DNA from: a bacterium
GTDB lineage: Bacteria > UBA8248
Direction: 5' to 3'
Length of the DNA: 64,000 nucleotides
Assembly: GCA_965202625.1 (NCBI GenBank)
Contig: CBDBBI010000010.1
Coordinates: 2,432,001 to 2,496,000 of the forward strand
Shown here: positions 9,773 to 19,754 of the stretch, in pieces
Layout of the letters: each line of letters opens with the position of its first letter
Position numbering within the stretch: position 1 is the first letter of the stretch
The notes under the pieces: generated by a model
Database searches by the model: none
The model's input: the letters and a program-made list of their open reading frames with translations, nothing else
What the model was told of the DNA's origin: nothing
Program-made: the position numbers and the translations under genes

Positions 9773-10933
9773 GTGAAGTTTGATCTCACGGACTCTCAAA
9801 AACGAATTCAACGCAAAGCCCGCGAACTCGCCGTGCGCCGAATCGCGCCCAAGGCGGTGCTTTGGGATCGCACCGAAGAATACCCTTGGGAGAACGCCCG
9901 ACTCCTGGCGGATGCGGGTTTCATGGGCATGAACGTTCCCAAGGAATTTGGCGGGCCTGAGCGGCCGTTGATAGAGGCCGTTCTGGTGGTCGAGGAGATG
10001 GCGAAGGTCTGCGGCATCACGGGGCGCATCGTCGTGGACAGCAACATGGGCGTGGTGGGCGCCATCATTCAATACGGAACCGAGGCGCAGAAAAGAAAGT
10101 ATTTGCCGATGGTGCTCGCAGGAGACAAGCCGGCCATCGCCATCACTGAGCCCGAGGCGGGAAGCGCCGCCACCGACATGACGACGAAGGCTGTGTTGGA
10201 TGGCGATGAATACGTATTGAACGGGAAGAAGAAATGGATCACCGGCGCGGGCGTCTCTCGCATCAACCTCGTCTTTGCCCGCGTGGCGCACGGTGGGGAG
10301 GAGCAGGGCATCGGCGCGTTGATCGTGGAGTTGGGCGCAGAGGGCTTTCGGGTGGGGGAGCGCGCCTTCATGATGGGCTTGAGAGGAATCCCCGAGGGGG
10401 AGGAGATTTTTGAAAACTGCCGCGTGCCCCGCGAGAATTTGGTGACGGTCGGATTTGGGCGCTTGATGGCTGCCTACAACGCCCAGAGGGTGGGCGCCGG
10501 CACGGTAGCCTTGGGCATTGCCGAGGGCGCCTTCGCGCAAGCGGTGGAATACGCCAAGAAGCGCGAGCAGTTTGGCCGCCCGATCGCCGAGTTTCAGGGG
10601 TTGCAGTGGATTCTGGCGGACGCGCGCATTCAACTCGACGCCGCCCGTCTCTTGCTTCATCGCGCGGCGGTGCAAGAAGACCCCCAAACGGGGTTTCCTG
10701 ATATGCGCCTGGCCGCCATCGCCAAGACATTCTCGGCGGAAGCGTCGATCAAGGTGACGAACGACGCGCTCCAGATTTTCGGGGCGGAGGGCTATTCGCG
10801 CGACTTGCCGATTGAGCGCATGGCGCGCGACGTGAGGATGTTCACCATCGGCGGCGGCACCACCCAGGCGCAGCGAAACGTGATCGCCTCAAGCATCTTC
10901 GGCAGAAAGTTCTCTCAGCGTCGGGAAGGGTGA
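9773..10933 (+). CDS. acdA: Acyl-CoA dehydrogenase family protein, 3-sulfinopropionyl-CoA desulfinase-like
   Basis: TEPEAGSA, REQFGRPIAEFQGLQW; no catalytic Glu at either usual position (AYNAQRVG, MFTIGGGT); GRIVVDSNMG as in the Advenella Acd desulfinase (recalled). Confidence 0.8.
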   Translation: MKFDLTDSQKRIQRKARELAVRRIAPKAVLWDRTEEYPWENARLLADAGFMGMNVPKEFGGPERPLIEAVLVVEEMAKVCGITGRIVVDSNMGVVGAIIQYGTEAQKRKYLPMVLAGDKPAIAITEPEAGSAATDMTTKAVLDGDEYVLNGKKKWITGAGVSRINLVFARVAHGGEEQGIGALIVELGAEGFRVGERAFMMGLRGIPEGEEIFENCRVPRENLVTVGFGRLMAAYNAQRVGAGTVALGIAEGAFAQAVEYAKKREQFGRPIAEFQGLQWILADARIQLDAARLLLHRAAVQEDPQTGFPDMRLAAIAKTFSAEASIKVTNDALQIFGAEGYSRDLPIERMARDVRMFTIGGGTTQAQRNVIASSIFGRKFSQRREG

Positions 10934-11401
10934 GATAATCCTCGGCCCCGCCCCGCTGAAAGGTTCGCGCGTGAGGCCCGCAGCTCGGCGCTCAACTCCC
11001 CAAACGTGCTCTGGTACAACTCGTTGTGGCTCAACGGCTCGGGGTGGGTGGGGTATTTCGTCGTTCTCACGTCATGCACCAGGTGTGCGTAGGCGATCTG
11101 CGGCGTCAGGGCTTTCACCGCGTCCAGGATTATTTGTCGCATTTCAGTTCTATCAGCGTTTCATACGACGGAATTGCCGCGGCAATGGAATTCATGGCGT
11201 CCCCTCCTGTGCGACAAAGGGGAATCGCGCCGCGAGAGGCGTCTTATCAGATAGCTCCTTGCGATTGACAGCGTTTCACGCGAGCAGATAACCTCCGAGC
11301 GAGTTTCGGAGGTTTTTAATGCTTTAACCGTTGCGATATTTCGCGCACCAGCCGCAGTGCGGGCTTGATTTCATCAAGCGCGCTTTTGGGGGGGGTTGCC
11401 G

Positions 11402-12403
11402 ATGGCACTCCGCGTACTTCTCTCCACCATCCCGTTCGGGGAGATTGACCCGAAGCCCGTCCATATGCTCGAGAGCGCGGGCGTCGACTATGTGCGCAAC
11501 CCCTTGGGCAGGCGGCCGAACGAGGCCGAGTTCGCCGAGATGATTCGCGACGGCTTTGACGCCGTCATCGCGGGTCTGGAGCCGTTCACGCCCAAAGTGC
11601 TGGATTTGGCGGCGGGGCTTCGGCTGATTTCACGCGCCACCGTCGGGCTGGAAACGGTGGATTTGAACGCGGCACGCGACAGAGATATACGCGTTGCGCA
11701 CACCCCTGGAGCCAACGCCCAGGCGGTGGCGGAACTGACGCTGAGCCATCTGCTCTCGCTTTTGCGAGGCGTCCACCATTCGCACAATGCGTTGACGCGC
11801 GGCGAGTGGGTCCAGTTCATGGGTCGCACGCTCGATGAGATCACCTTGGGCGTCGTTGGCGTGGGACGAATCGGCAAGCGGGTGATACGCCACGCCTCCG
11901 CGTTCGGGGCGAAAATCATCGCGAACGATCTGACGCCCGATGTGGAATTCGGCGAGCGTTACAGCGTGACGTGGGTGGAGAAAGAGGAAATCTATCGGCG
12001 CGCCGACGCCGTCTCCCTGCACGTTCCCGCTACGCCGATGACGGTCGGCCTGGTGGGAGAGGGTGAATTGGCGATGATGAAAAGGGGCGCTTTCCTCATC
12101 AACACGGCGCGCGGCGTCGTCGTGGACGAAGTCGCGCTGGTGCGCGCGTTGCGCTCGGGGCACCTGGGAGGCGCCGGAATCGACGTTTTTCCGGAAGAAC
12201 CCTACCGAGGAGTTCTCGCGCAGGCGCCCAACTGCATTCTCACCGCGCACCTAGGAGCGCGTGCGCGTTCTGCTCGCCTGCAAATGGAACTGGACGCGAC
12301 GGAGAACGTCTTGTGTTTTTTGGAGAGCCGGCCGATTCCAGGGCTTGTGCCGGATGAGGAATACGAGATGCAGCGCGTAGTCATGGCCGAGGCGAAGCGA
12401 TGA
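11402..12403 (+). CDS. D-isomer-specific 2-hydroxyacid dehydrogenase (phosphoglycerate dehydrogenase-like)
   Basis: GVGRIG, SLHVP, INTARG, DVFPEEP, TAHLG. Confidence 0.9.
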   Translation: MALRVLLSTIPFGEIDPKPVHMLESAGVDYVRNPLGRRPNEAEFAEMIRDGFDAVIAGLEPFTPKVLDLAAGLRLISRATVGLETVDLNAARDRDIRVAHTPGANAQAVAELTLSHLLSLLRGVHHSHNALTRGEWVQFMGRTLDEITLGVVGVGRIGKRVIRHASAFGAKIIANDLTPDVEFGERYSVTWVEKEEIYRRADAVSLHVPATPMTVGLVGEGELAMMKRGAFLINTARGVVVDEVALVRALRSGHLGGAGIDVFPEEPYRGVLAQAPNCILTAHLGARARSARLQMELDATENVLCFLESRPIPGLVPDEEYEMQRVVMAEAKR

Positions 12404-12427
12404 GTATGTGGGGGCTTCTCCTCACCC

Positions 12428-13204
12428 ATGGGATTTTCTGTGCCTAGGACGCCCGACTATTTTGTGGGCAAAACTATCGTCATCACCGGCGCGGCCAGCG
12501 GTATTGGCAAGGAGACCGCCCTCATATTCGGGCGCGAGGGGGCGAACGTCCTCTGTGCGGACATGAACGAGGCGGGCGCGGCCGATGCGGCCGAGGGGGT
12601 TTCCAAAAAAGGGGGCCGGGGCGTTCATATGCGAGTGGACGTCACCTCGCGCGAGCAGGTGTTCGCCATGGTACGGCGCGCCAAGGAGCGATTCGGCCGG
12701 GTGGATTTCGCGTTGAATTCCGCCGGCGCCGCCTTTCGGTCTTCCGATTTTTTGGGCATTGATGAGGAACTTTTGCAACGAACGTTCGACCTCAACGTCA
12801 AGGGCGTTTTCTACAGCATGCAGGCCGTTCTTCCCGAGATGTTGGAAAACGGCAAGGGCGTCATCGTCAACATGGGCAGCATGGCCCATCGAGGGGGGGG
12901 GGGGGGGCGCGCGGTTCACTACGCGGCGACCAAGGGTGCCGTGGTGACGATGAGCATGGGCGTGGGTCGCGAATACGCCGACAGGGGCATCCGGTGCATG
13001 TCCATATCACCGGGGGCCATCGAAACGCCGTTTTATGACGTTTCCCCTTCTCCGCCCAAGGAGTATTTGATGGATCGGATACCGATGGGCCGCTACGGCA
13101 GGCCGGAGGAGATTGGCGAGCTGGTGTTGTTCATCTGCTCCGACGCGTGTGAGTTCATGACGGCGGACTCGATATTGGTGAACGGCGGTGCGGGATGGAA
13201 GTAG
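12428..13204 (+). CDS. SDR family oxidoreductase
   Basis: TGAASGIG, NSAG, YAATK, VNGG. Confidence 0.9.
   Translation: MGFSVPRTPDYFVGKTIVITGAASGIGKETALIFGREGANVLCADMNEAGAADAAEGVSKKGGRGVHMRVDVTSREQVFAMVRRAKERFGRVDFALNSAGAAFRSSDFLGIDEELLQRTFDLNVKGVFYSMQAVLPEMLENGKGVIVNMGSMAHRGGGGGRAVHYAATKGAVVTMSMGVGREYADRGIRCMSISPGAIETPFYDVSPSPPKEYLMDRIPMGRYGRPEEIGELVLFICSDACEFMTADSILVNGGAGWK
12893..12907 (+). repeat. G15 homopolymer inside the SDR gene
   Basis: 15 consecutive G encoding GGGGG just before the YxxxK motif. Confidence 0.85.
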
Positions 13205-13205
13205 C

Positions 13206-13430
13206 CTACTTTCTGGAGAAAAGGTTCATCAGTATTGTCAAGACGACGCTGATGACGATGCAGGTTACCACCGGAAAATAAAGACTCCAGTTTTTTCCGC
13301 GCAGATGAATGTCGCCGGGCAGCTTCCCGAGAAATGGAATCTTGGGCGCCACGAGAAACACGACGCCGACCGCCGCCAGGATCGCGCCGAGCAGTATGAG
13401 CGTTTTCCCTAAGCCGCTGAGGTGCTCCAT
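13206..13430 (-). CDS. DUF2905 family small membrane protein
   Basis: GKLPGDI...YFPVVTCIVISVVLT pattern; usual position downstream of ruvB. Confidence 0.85.
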   Translation of the reverse strand: MEHLSGLGKTLILLGAILAAVGVVFLVAPKIPFLGKLPGDIHLRGKNWSLYFPVVTCIVISVVLTILMNLFSRK

Positions 13431-13474
13431 CTGAGAGGATCTCTCCCTATACGGGTTTAATCGGTTTCATCACG

Positions 13475-14512
13475 TTACGTGCCGCCGTCCCAGAGATCCT
13501 GCTGGGTGCCTTTTGGGGGCGCGATTCCAAGGTGCGCATAGGCGGCCGGTGCCGCGCGTCTCCCCCCCCGCGTGCGCTGCACGAAGCCCGTGCGCAACAG
13601 GAAGGGCTCCACCATGTCCGCCAGCGTCTCGGATTCCTCGTTCATGCTGGCGGCGATGGCCTCCACGCCCACAGGGCCGCCGCCGTATTGCTCCACGATC
13701 GTTCTGAGGTATTTCCTGTCCAATGCGTCGAGACCGGTTTCGTCCACCCCCTCCATGGCGAGCGCCTCGCGCGTGGTGGAGAGGCCGATGGCACCATCGC
13801 CTCGCGCCTGGCTGAAATCGCGCGTCCAGAGCAGGAGCCTGTTCGCTGTTCGCGGAGTGCCCCGGCTTCTGCGGGCGAGTTCGCGCGCCGCCCCTTTTTC
13901 TATCGGCGCGTCCAGGCGCGCCGCGCTTCGTAACAAAATATGCTCCAGCTCTTGCTCAGAGTAGAAATCTACGTGATAGACCAGATAGAAGCGTTCTCTG
14001 AGGGCGGCGGTCAGGGAGCCGGGGCGCGTCGTGGCGCCCACCGTCGTGAACGTTTTTAGGGGAAAATTGATGGTGCGCGCCATGGGGCCCTGATCCACTA
14101 CGAAGTCCACGCGATAGTCCTCCATGGCGGGATAGAGGAATTCTTCCACCGCGCTGGGCATTCGGTGAATCTCGTCGATGAACAAAACGTCGCCCTGCTG
14201 GAGCCCCGTGAGGATGCCCATCAAGTCGGCCGGTCTGGATAGGGAGGGGCCGGAGGTTTTCACGAGGCGGGCGCCCATCTCCTCGGAGATGATGTGGGAG
14301 AGCGTAGTTTTTCCGAGACCGGGAGGTCCATGGAACAGGATGTGGCCTACGGGTTCGTCTCTTATTCGTGAGGCTTCGAGCGCGATTCGGAGCTTGGCCA
14401 CGAGGCCGGTCTGACCCACGTATTCCTCAAGTCTCCTCGGCCGAAGCGACGTGAACGTTTTCTCCTCCTCTGGGCTTGCCGCCCTTGCGCTCACGCGCCG
14501 CTGAATGACCAT
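13475..14512 (-). CDS. ruvB: Holliday junction branch migration helicase RuvB
   Basis: SLRP, GPPGLGKTT, FIDEIHR, SRGTPR. Confidence 0.97.
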   Translation of the reverse strand: MVIQRRVSARAASPEEEKTFTSLRPRRLEEYVGQTGLVAKLRIALEASRIRDEPVGHILFHGPPGLGKTTLSHIISEEMGARLVKTSGPSLSRPADLMGILTGLQQGDVLFIDEIHRMPSAVEEFLYPAMEDYRVDFVVDQGPMARTINFPLKTFTTVGATTRPGSLTAALRERFYLVYHVDFYSEQELEHILLRSAARLDAPIEKGAARELARRSRGTPRTANRLLLWTRDFSQARGDGAIGLSTTREALAMEGVDETGLDALDRKYLRTIVEQYGGGPVGVEAIAASMNEESETLADMVEPFLLRTGFVQRTRGGRRAAPAAYAHLGIAPPKGTQQDLWDGGT

Positions 14513-14531
14513 TTTGTCTCCCGCCTCCTTG

Positions 14532-15167
14532 CTATTTGCTCAGGCGAAATACTTCCTGCAGGATGGCCTCGGCCTCCGCGTCCGTCCCCAGCGTCGCGAG
14601 CGCGCGCTCCATGAGATTCTCCGCCTCGGGCGTTCGGTATCCCAACTGTCCGACCAAAACGGCCATGACGTCCGCGTGAAGGGGCGCTGCCTCGTGACGC
14701 TCGACCAGGGGAAGCGCGGGCTCCCGCGCCAGTTGAAGCGCCGCGATTTCTTCTCTGAGTTTCGAGATCACCTGATCTGCTTTTTTCTTTCCGATGCCCG
14801 GCAACTTTGTGAGCAGCGCGGTGTTTGCCGCCACGATGGCCTCGGCGATTTGAAGAGGAGGGAGGCTCATCGCTCGGACCGCGCTTTTGGGACTGATGCC
14901 GGGCACCTTGATGAAGCACAGGAAAAACGCCCTCTCCTCCGCTGACAGGAAGCCCACCAGTCGAGGCAAAAGCTGACCTGTGGCCACGTTTCCTTCCAGG
15001 TAATGATGGGTGTGGAGCTCTGCAGCCTCGCGCGCGTCCATGAGCGCCTGCAGCTCGTGAACCGCGTATCCGCCCACCTGCATTTCGTAAGAGATGCCGG
15101 ACGGTGTTTTCAGAATGACGCTTTCGCCCTGAACGTTGAGGATCTCTCCTGAGATTTGGCGAATCAT
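14532..15167 (-). CDS. ruvA: Holliday junction branch migration protein RuvA
   Basis: HhH motifs VPGISPK and LPGIGKKKA; between ruvC and ruvB. Confidence 0.93.
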   Translation of the reverse strand: MIRQISGEILNVQGESVILKTPSGISYEMQVGGYAVHELQALMDAREAAELHTHHYLEGNVATGQLLPRLVGFLSAEERAFFLCFIKVPGISPKSAVRAMSLPPLQIAEAIVAANTALLTKLPGIGKKKADQVISKLREEIAALQLAREPALPLVERHEAAPLHADVMAVLVGQLGYRTPEAENLMERALATLGTDAEAEAILQEVFRLSK

Positions 15168-15703
15168 GCGCTTCTCCCGACGGACTGTGTGCTTCTGAAG
15201 TGGTTTCGCTCGACGTGGCAGTATGCTGCTGCGATGGCGTCGGCCAAATCCGCAGGCTCAGGGGGATCGGCGAGTCCCATTCGGCGCTGGGTCATCTGCT
15301 GAACCTGTTTCTTTGTGGCGTGTCCGGTACCAACGAGCGATTTTTTGATTTCTGTGGCTGCATAGCTGGCCACCGTAACGTTGGCTTCCGAGGCGGCGAG
15401 CAAGATAACCCCCCGCGCGTGTCCCATGATGATGGAAGTGCGCGGGTGGTTGTAGTGGCTGTAAAGGTTTTCCACCGCCATGACGTTGGGTTTGTGCGTC
15501 TCGATGATGCGCGAAAGATCCTTGTGCAGTTCATGCAGGCGCGTCTCGATGGGTGCCCTTGAGTTGTTCTTGAGCACGCCGCCCTCAATGAGACACGGCT
15601 CTTGATTGATTGCGTCCAGGTCCAACGTCAAAAGAGCGTAACCCGTGACGCCCAGGCCGGGGTCGACGCCCAGAACGCGAAACGTGTTTTCAGGTTGCGG
15701 CAA
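15164..15703 (-). CDS. ruvC: Crossover junction endodeoxyribonuclease RuvC
   Basis: LGVDPG, MAVE, GHARG, IKK...GHATK, DLADAIA. Confidence 0.95.
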   Translation of the reverse strand: MPQPENTFRVLGVDPGLGVTGYALLTLDLDAINQEPCLIEGGVLKNNSRAPIETRLHELHKDLSRIIETHKPNVMAVENLYSHYNHPRTSIIMGHARGVILLAASEANVTVASYAATEIKKSLVGTGHATKKQVQQMTQRRMGLADPPEPADLADAIAAAYCHVERNHFRSTQSVGRSA

Positions 15704-15728
15704 AGAATCACCCCACGGGCGGTGGTGT

Positions 15729-16484
15729 TCAGGTTGACGCGGACACTTGCGCCATCTGCTCCTCGGAGATGTCGAAATTGGCGTAGATGTTCTGAACGTC
15801 GTCGTTGTCCTCGAGTGCCTCCATCAAACGAAGCATTTGCTCCGCCTCCCTTCCCGTAAGATGCACCGTTGATTTGGGCAGCATGGTGAGCTCGGCGGAT
15901 TCCACCTGAACGTCGCGCTCCTCCAGTGCCTCGCGCACGGATTCAAACGCGTCCGGCGAGGTATGGATTTCGAACGACTCATCGGCGGGTTCCAGATCGT
16001 ACGCCCCCGCTTCCAGTGCCAGTTCGATGAGCGATTCCTCATCAACGCCTTCCTGGGAAATCAGGAAAAGTCCTTTTTTTTCAAAGTTCCACGCCACGGC
16101 GTTCGGTTCCGCCATGGCACCGTTGTTTTTCGTCAAAATATGGCGGACTTCCGCGCCCGTTCGGTTGCGATTGTCCGTCAGCACCGATATGAGGATGCCC
16201 ACGCCATTGGGGCCGTAGCCCTCGTAGACGCCTTCTTCATAATTCACGCCCTCCAGATCGCCCGTGCCCTTGGCGATGGCGCGCGTGATATTCTCCTGGG
16301 GCATATTGGCCCCTTTCGCCGTCTGAATGGCTGTTCTCAAGCGGGGGTTTCCATCCGGATCTCCACCTCCCTGCTTGGCGGCGATGGTGATTTCCTTGAT
16401 GAGTTTTGTGAATATCTTGCCGCGTTTGGCGTCGAGCGCGCCTTTTTTTCGCTTTATCGTGCTCCACTTGGAATGACCGGACAT
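15729..16484 (-). CDS. yebC: YebC/PmpR family protein
   Basis: [29 protein letters not shown]. Confidence 0.97.
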   Translation of the reverse strand: MSGHSKWSTIKRKKGALDAKRGKIFTKLIKEITIAAKQGGGDPDGNPRLRTAIQTAKGANMPQENITRAIAKGTGDLEGVNYEEGVYEGYGPNGVGILISVLTDNRNRTGAEVRHILTKNNGAMAEPNAVAWNFEKKGLFLISQEGVDEESLIELALEAGAYDLEPADESFEIHTSPDAFESVREALEERDVQVESAELTMLPKSTVHLTGREAEQMLRLMEALEDNDDVQNIYANFDISEEQMAQVSAST

Positions 16485-16734
16485 GATGCGGCCCTCCTGT
16501 GACTCTCATGCGGCCGCGCGAATCTTCGGTCCCGCTGAGGGTGTTCGTTTTTAATGCAAATTCTCACTATATTTTCTAGCATGGGGGCTCATGGGAGTAA
16601 AGACGTGAATGGGCCGCAGGGGAGCCAGGCGCCCACAAAACGCTTGATGGACACTCTCGTGATGAAGTGATATCTTCTCGCCAAACGTATCCGGAGGAGG
16701 ATGAGCGCTGCGGTCTGAAAGAACGGTATTTTCG

Positions 16735-17697
16735 GTGAATCCCTTTGAGAGGGGCGTGCGTACCCTTCAGATTGAAGCGGAGGCGTTGTCCGGGCTTGTT
16801 GAACGCCTGGATGATGAATTCATCAAGGCGGTTGACGTCGTTCTCCAGTGTCGGGGGAGGGTCGCAGTTACCGGCATGGGGAAGAGTGGACTGATCGGGC
16901 AAAAAATTTCCGCCACCCTCGCGAGCACGGGGACGCTCTCCTATTTTCTTCATCCCGCCGAGGGCGTTCACGGCGATTTGGGCATGGTGACGAAGGACGA
17001 CGTCGTCGTCGCGCTCTCCTACAGCGGCGAGACGGATGAGTTGGTGCGCATCCTGCCTGTTTTCGCCCGTCTGGGCGCTCCCCTGATCGCTATCACTGGA
17101 AGGGAGAATTCCACGCTGGGGCGAGAGGCGCGCGCCGTGTTGAACGTTTTTGTGAAAGAAGAGGCCTGCCCGATTCAGCTGGCGCCCACGGCGAGCAGCA
17201 CCGCCGCCCTGGCCATGGGAGACGCGCTTGCGATGGCTGTTCTGGAGGCAAGGGGATTTCAGCCAGAGGATTTTGCCCGCCTTCACCCCGGAGGTTCTCT
17301 GGGAAAAAAACTGATTCGCGTCAAGAAGTTGATGGTCTCGGGAGATGACGTCCCGCAGGTGGACGAGGCGGTTTCGCTCGCTCGGCTCGTGCGTGAGATA
17401 AGTGCCAAAAAACTGGGGATGACGTGCGTGTTGGGTGCGGACCGAGAACTGGTGGGCGTCATTACGGACGGGGATTTAAGACGCGCGCTGGAGAAAACCG
17501 AGGGATTGTCCGACATGACCGCCAAAGATTTGGTGACGCCCAACCCCAGGACGATCGATGGCGATGACATGGCGGCCGCGGCGATTCAGCTGATGGAAGC
17601 GAATGCCATCACGTCCTTGGTGGTCACCTATGGCGCGCGGAAGCGTTTGGCGGGCGTGGTGCATCTACACCATCTGTTGCGCGCTGGAGTCGTGTAG
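16735..17697 (+). CDS. kdsD: Arabinose-5-phosphate isomerase (KpsF/GutQ)
   Basis: GMGKSG, HGDLG, HPGG, C-terminal CBS pair. Confidence 0.93.
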   Translation: MNPFERGVRTLQIEAEALSGLVERLDDEFIKAVDVVLQCRGRVAVTGMGKSGLIGQKISATLASTGTLSYFLHPAEGVHGDLGMVTKDDVVVALSYSGETDELVRILPVFARLGAPLIAITGRENSTLGREARAVLNVFVKEEACPIQLAPTASSTAALAMGDALAMAVLEARGFQPEDFARLHPGGSLGKKLIRVKKLMVSGDDVPQVDEAVSLARLVREISAKKLGMTCVLGADRELVGVITDGDLRRALEKTEGLSDMTAKDLVTPNPRTIDGDDMAAAAIQLMEANAITSLVVTYGARKRLAGVVHLHHLLRAGVV

Positions 17698-17759
17698 CTC
17701 TCCCCCGTTCTCTGATTTACAAGGAAACTCTTCGCGTCTTTTGGGTGGCGCGCGGTGCC

Positions 17760-18503
17760 TCATTCCCATCCTGAGGGCCCAAAAACCAGAAGAGCGATCG
17801 CTCCCGCTATCATCAGACCCAGACCGCTCGCGTAGCCGAGAGCGGGAGAGATACGGCCACGAAGCAGCCTTCCCAGAAGAAATCCAGCGACGGCGGGCAG
17901 GATCGACACGGCGGAGCGCGCGGACTCGGCGGGCCCCAGTGCGCCGGCGCCGCTCAGCACGGCTACCTGAACGCTCGCGAACGCCAGCGCGCTGGTATAC
18001 ATCAGCCGCATCATTCGAGCGCGGCCCGCGCCCAGACTATCGAGATATATGACGCTCAATGCACCGCCGGAGAAGGAAAAACCGCTCAGGCCGCCCGCGA
18101 AGAACCCGGCGACGTAGGAGAAGAAAGTCTCATCGCGCATGTCGAGTTGTATTCGTTGACGCGAGACGCTGTAGACGGCGAACAACAAGACGATGACGCT
18201 CGCCGCCCATTTAAGGAAGGTGGGCGGACTCGATATGAGGACCAACGCGCCTGCGCCAACCCCCACCGCGCCTGCGCCGAGAAAAGGCATGAGGCGCCGG
18301 AGCGACGTGGAGGGAACGCCGCCCCCCATCGCTCGAATCGCCATCAGAATGAGGTTCGGAAGCGAGAGGATGAGCACGGAATCCCGTACCCCGATGAGGG
18401 AGGCCAGCATCGGCGTGGCCGCCAGGCCGAAGTCGATTCCGGCGGCTCCCTCCAGAAGGGCAGCGGCGAATATGAGAAGCGCGATATCCCAGGATGGCCA
18501 CAT
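17760..18503 (-). CDS. TauE/SafE (TSUP) family exporter
   Basis: About 8 hydrophobic helices with duplicated GxxGxxxG pattern. Confidence 0.75.
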   Translation of the reverse strand: MWPSWDIALLIFAAALLEGAAGIDFGLAATPMLASLIGVRDSVLILSLPNLILMAIRAMGGGVPSTSLRRLMPFLGAGAVGVGAGALVLISSPPTFLKWAASVIVLLFAVYSVSRQRIQLDMRDETFFSYVAGFFAGGLSGFSFSGGALSVIYLDSLGAGRARMMRLMYTSALAFASVQVAVLSGAGALGPAESARSAVSILPAVAGFLLGRLLRGRISPALGYASGLGLMIAGAIALLVFGPSGWE

Positions 18504-18521
18504 GGGTTCAGCGGCGTCCAG

Positions 18522-19505
18522 CTACAGGTTCAACAGGGCTTGAATGTTTTTGTGGGACACGTTCTCGTATTCTTCCTGGCTCAACCCGGATTTTTGAAGC
18601 GTCTCGACTATCTGGACGTCCGTCATGTCGTAGGGCAGGTCCGTGCCCAGCACAACTCGCTCGCCGCCCATGACGTCCACGAGGAAGCGGACGACGGGCG
18701 GGTGAAACACCAGCATGTCCAGATAGAAGTTCGACCTGAGATATTCGAGGGGGGGGCGCGATATTTTTTTACACTCCGGCCGCACCTTCCAGCCGTGTGC
18801 GAAGCGACCGACGAGATAGGGCACAGTTCCTCCGCCGTGCAGGAATATGAATCGCAAGTCCGGCAACCTGTCGAATAAGCCGGAGAAAATGAGGCGGCCG
18901 ATGCTGTTCGCGCTCTCCGTGGGGAATCCGACCAGGTTGAACAAGTGGTAATCCTTCATCTGCTCCTTGCCCGCCGGGTTGGCCGGGTGAACGATGATCG
19001 GCACTTTCATCTCCGCGGCCGCTTCGTAGAGCGGATAAAAACGCTCATCATCCAGATATCGGCCGTTCACGTTCGTGCCCAGAAAACCACCCTTCAATCC
19101 GAGTGCGTTGATGGCGCGCTCGAGCTCCTTCACCGAGAGGGAGACGTTTTGGGCGGGCAGGGCGGCCAGGGCGTGGAATTTATCCGGATGTTTTTCAACG
19201 ATGCTGGCGTAGGCGTCGTTCGCCGCCTGGGAGAGTTCGTTGGCCAGGCCATCATCCGCCCAGTACACGCCCGGGTTTGATGAGAACGACAGGACGTTCA
19301 TGTCCAGATTCATCTCGTCCATGGTTTTGAGCCGTAACTCCACGCTGGTGAAAGGCTCCAGGGGCGGGTGCGTCATACCCTTGATGTCTAAGCGGCGCGC
19401 GCCTTTCTCGTCGGTGAAGAATCTGACGCCGTATCGTGGACCCTCTTTCTCTATAATTTCCAAGTATTCATCGGGATATATGTGGCAATGGGCGTCAATG
19501 TGCAT
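18522..19505 (-). CDS. Amidohydrolase_2 family protein (ACMS decarboxylase-like)
   Basis: IDAHCH, IIVHP, HGGG, GTDLPYDM. Confidence 0.88.
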   Translation of the reverse strand: MHIDAHCHIYPDEYLEIIEKEGPRYGVRFFTDEKGARRLDIKGMTHPPLEPFTSVELRLKTMDEMNLDMNVLSFSSNPGVYWADDGLANELSQAANDAYASIVEKHPDKFHALAALPAQNVSLSVKELERAINALGLKGGFLGTNVNGRYLDDERFYPLYEAAAEMKVPIIVHPANPAGKEQMKDYHLFNLVGFPTESANSIGRLIFSGLFDRLPDLRFIFLHGGGTVPYLVGRFAHGWKVRPECKKISRPPLEYLRSNFYLDMLVFHPPVVRFLVDVMGGERVVLGTDLPYDMTDVQIVETLQKSGLSQEEYENVSHKNIQALLNL

Positions 19506-19754
19506 TCTCTCCGTCTCCGCGCCTGGAGGGGGGCAAACCCGATAGTTAGCACCCGTAGACGAGGGGTGTCAACGATGGATCAAGGACGCTTGAATACATC
19601 TTTTGCGGGTTGAAGGATTTTTCCATCTGTTTTGTTTTCGTTTATCGCGTCGTTCACGCGCTTTCGCCGCGTTGCGCGCGTCTGTGACGGTGTGTGCGAT
19701 GAGGGTTTTGTGTTTTCCGATACCCGAGAAAGGGAGGGTGCGAGCGAAGTCCAT

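Noticed and set aside
10915-11200. Short - strand ORF remnant between acdA and the dehydrogenase
   Set aside because: May be a gene fragment, but no recognisable motif
11265-11293. Sigma70 promoter starting TTGACA
   Set aside because: The -10 element is weak, so it cannot be supported
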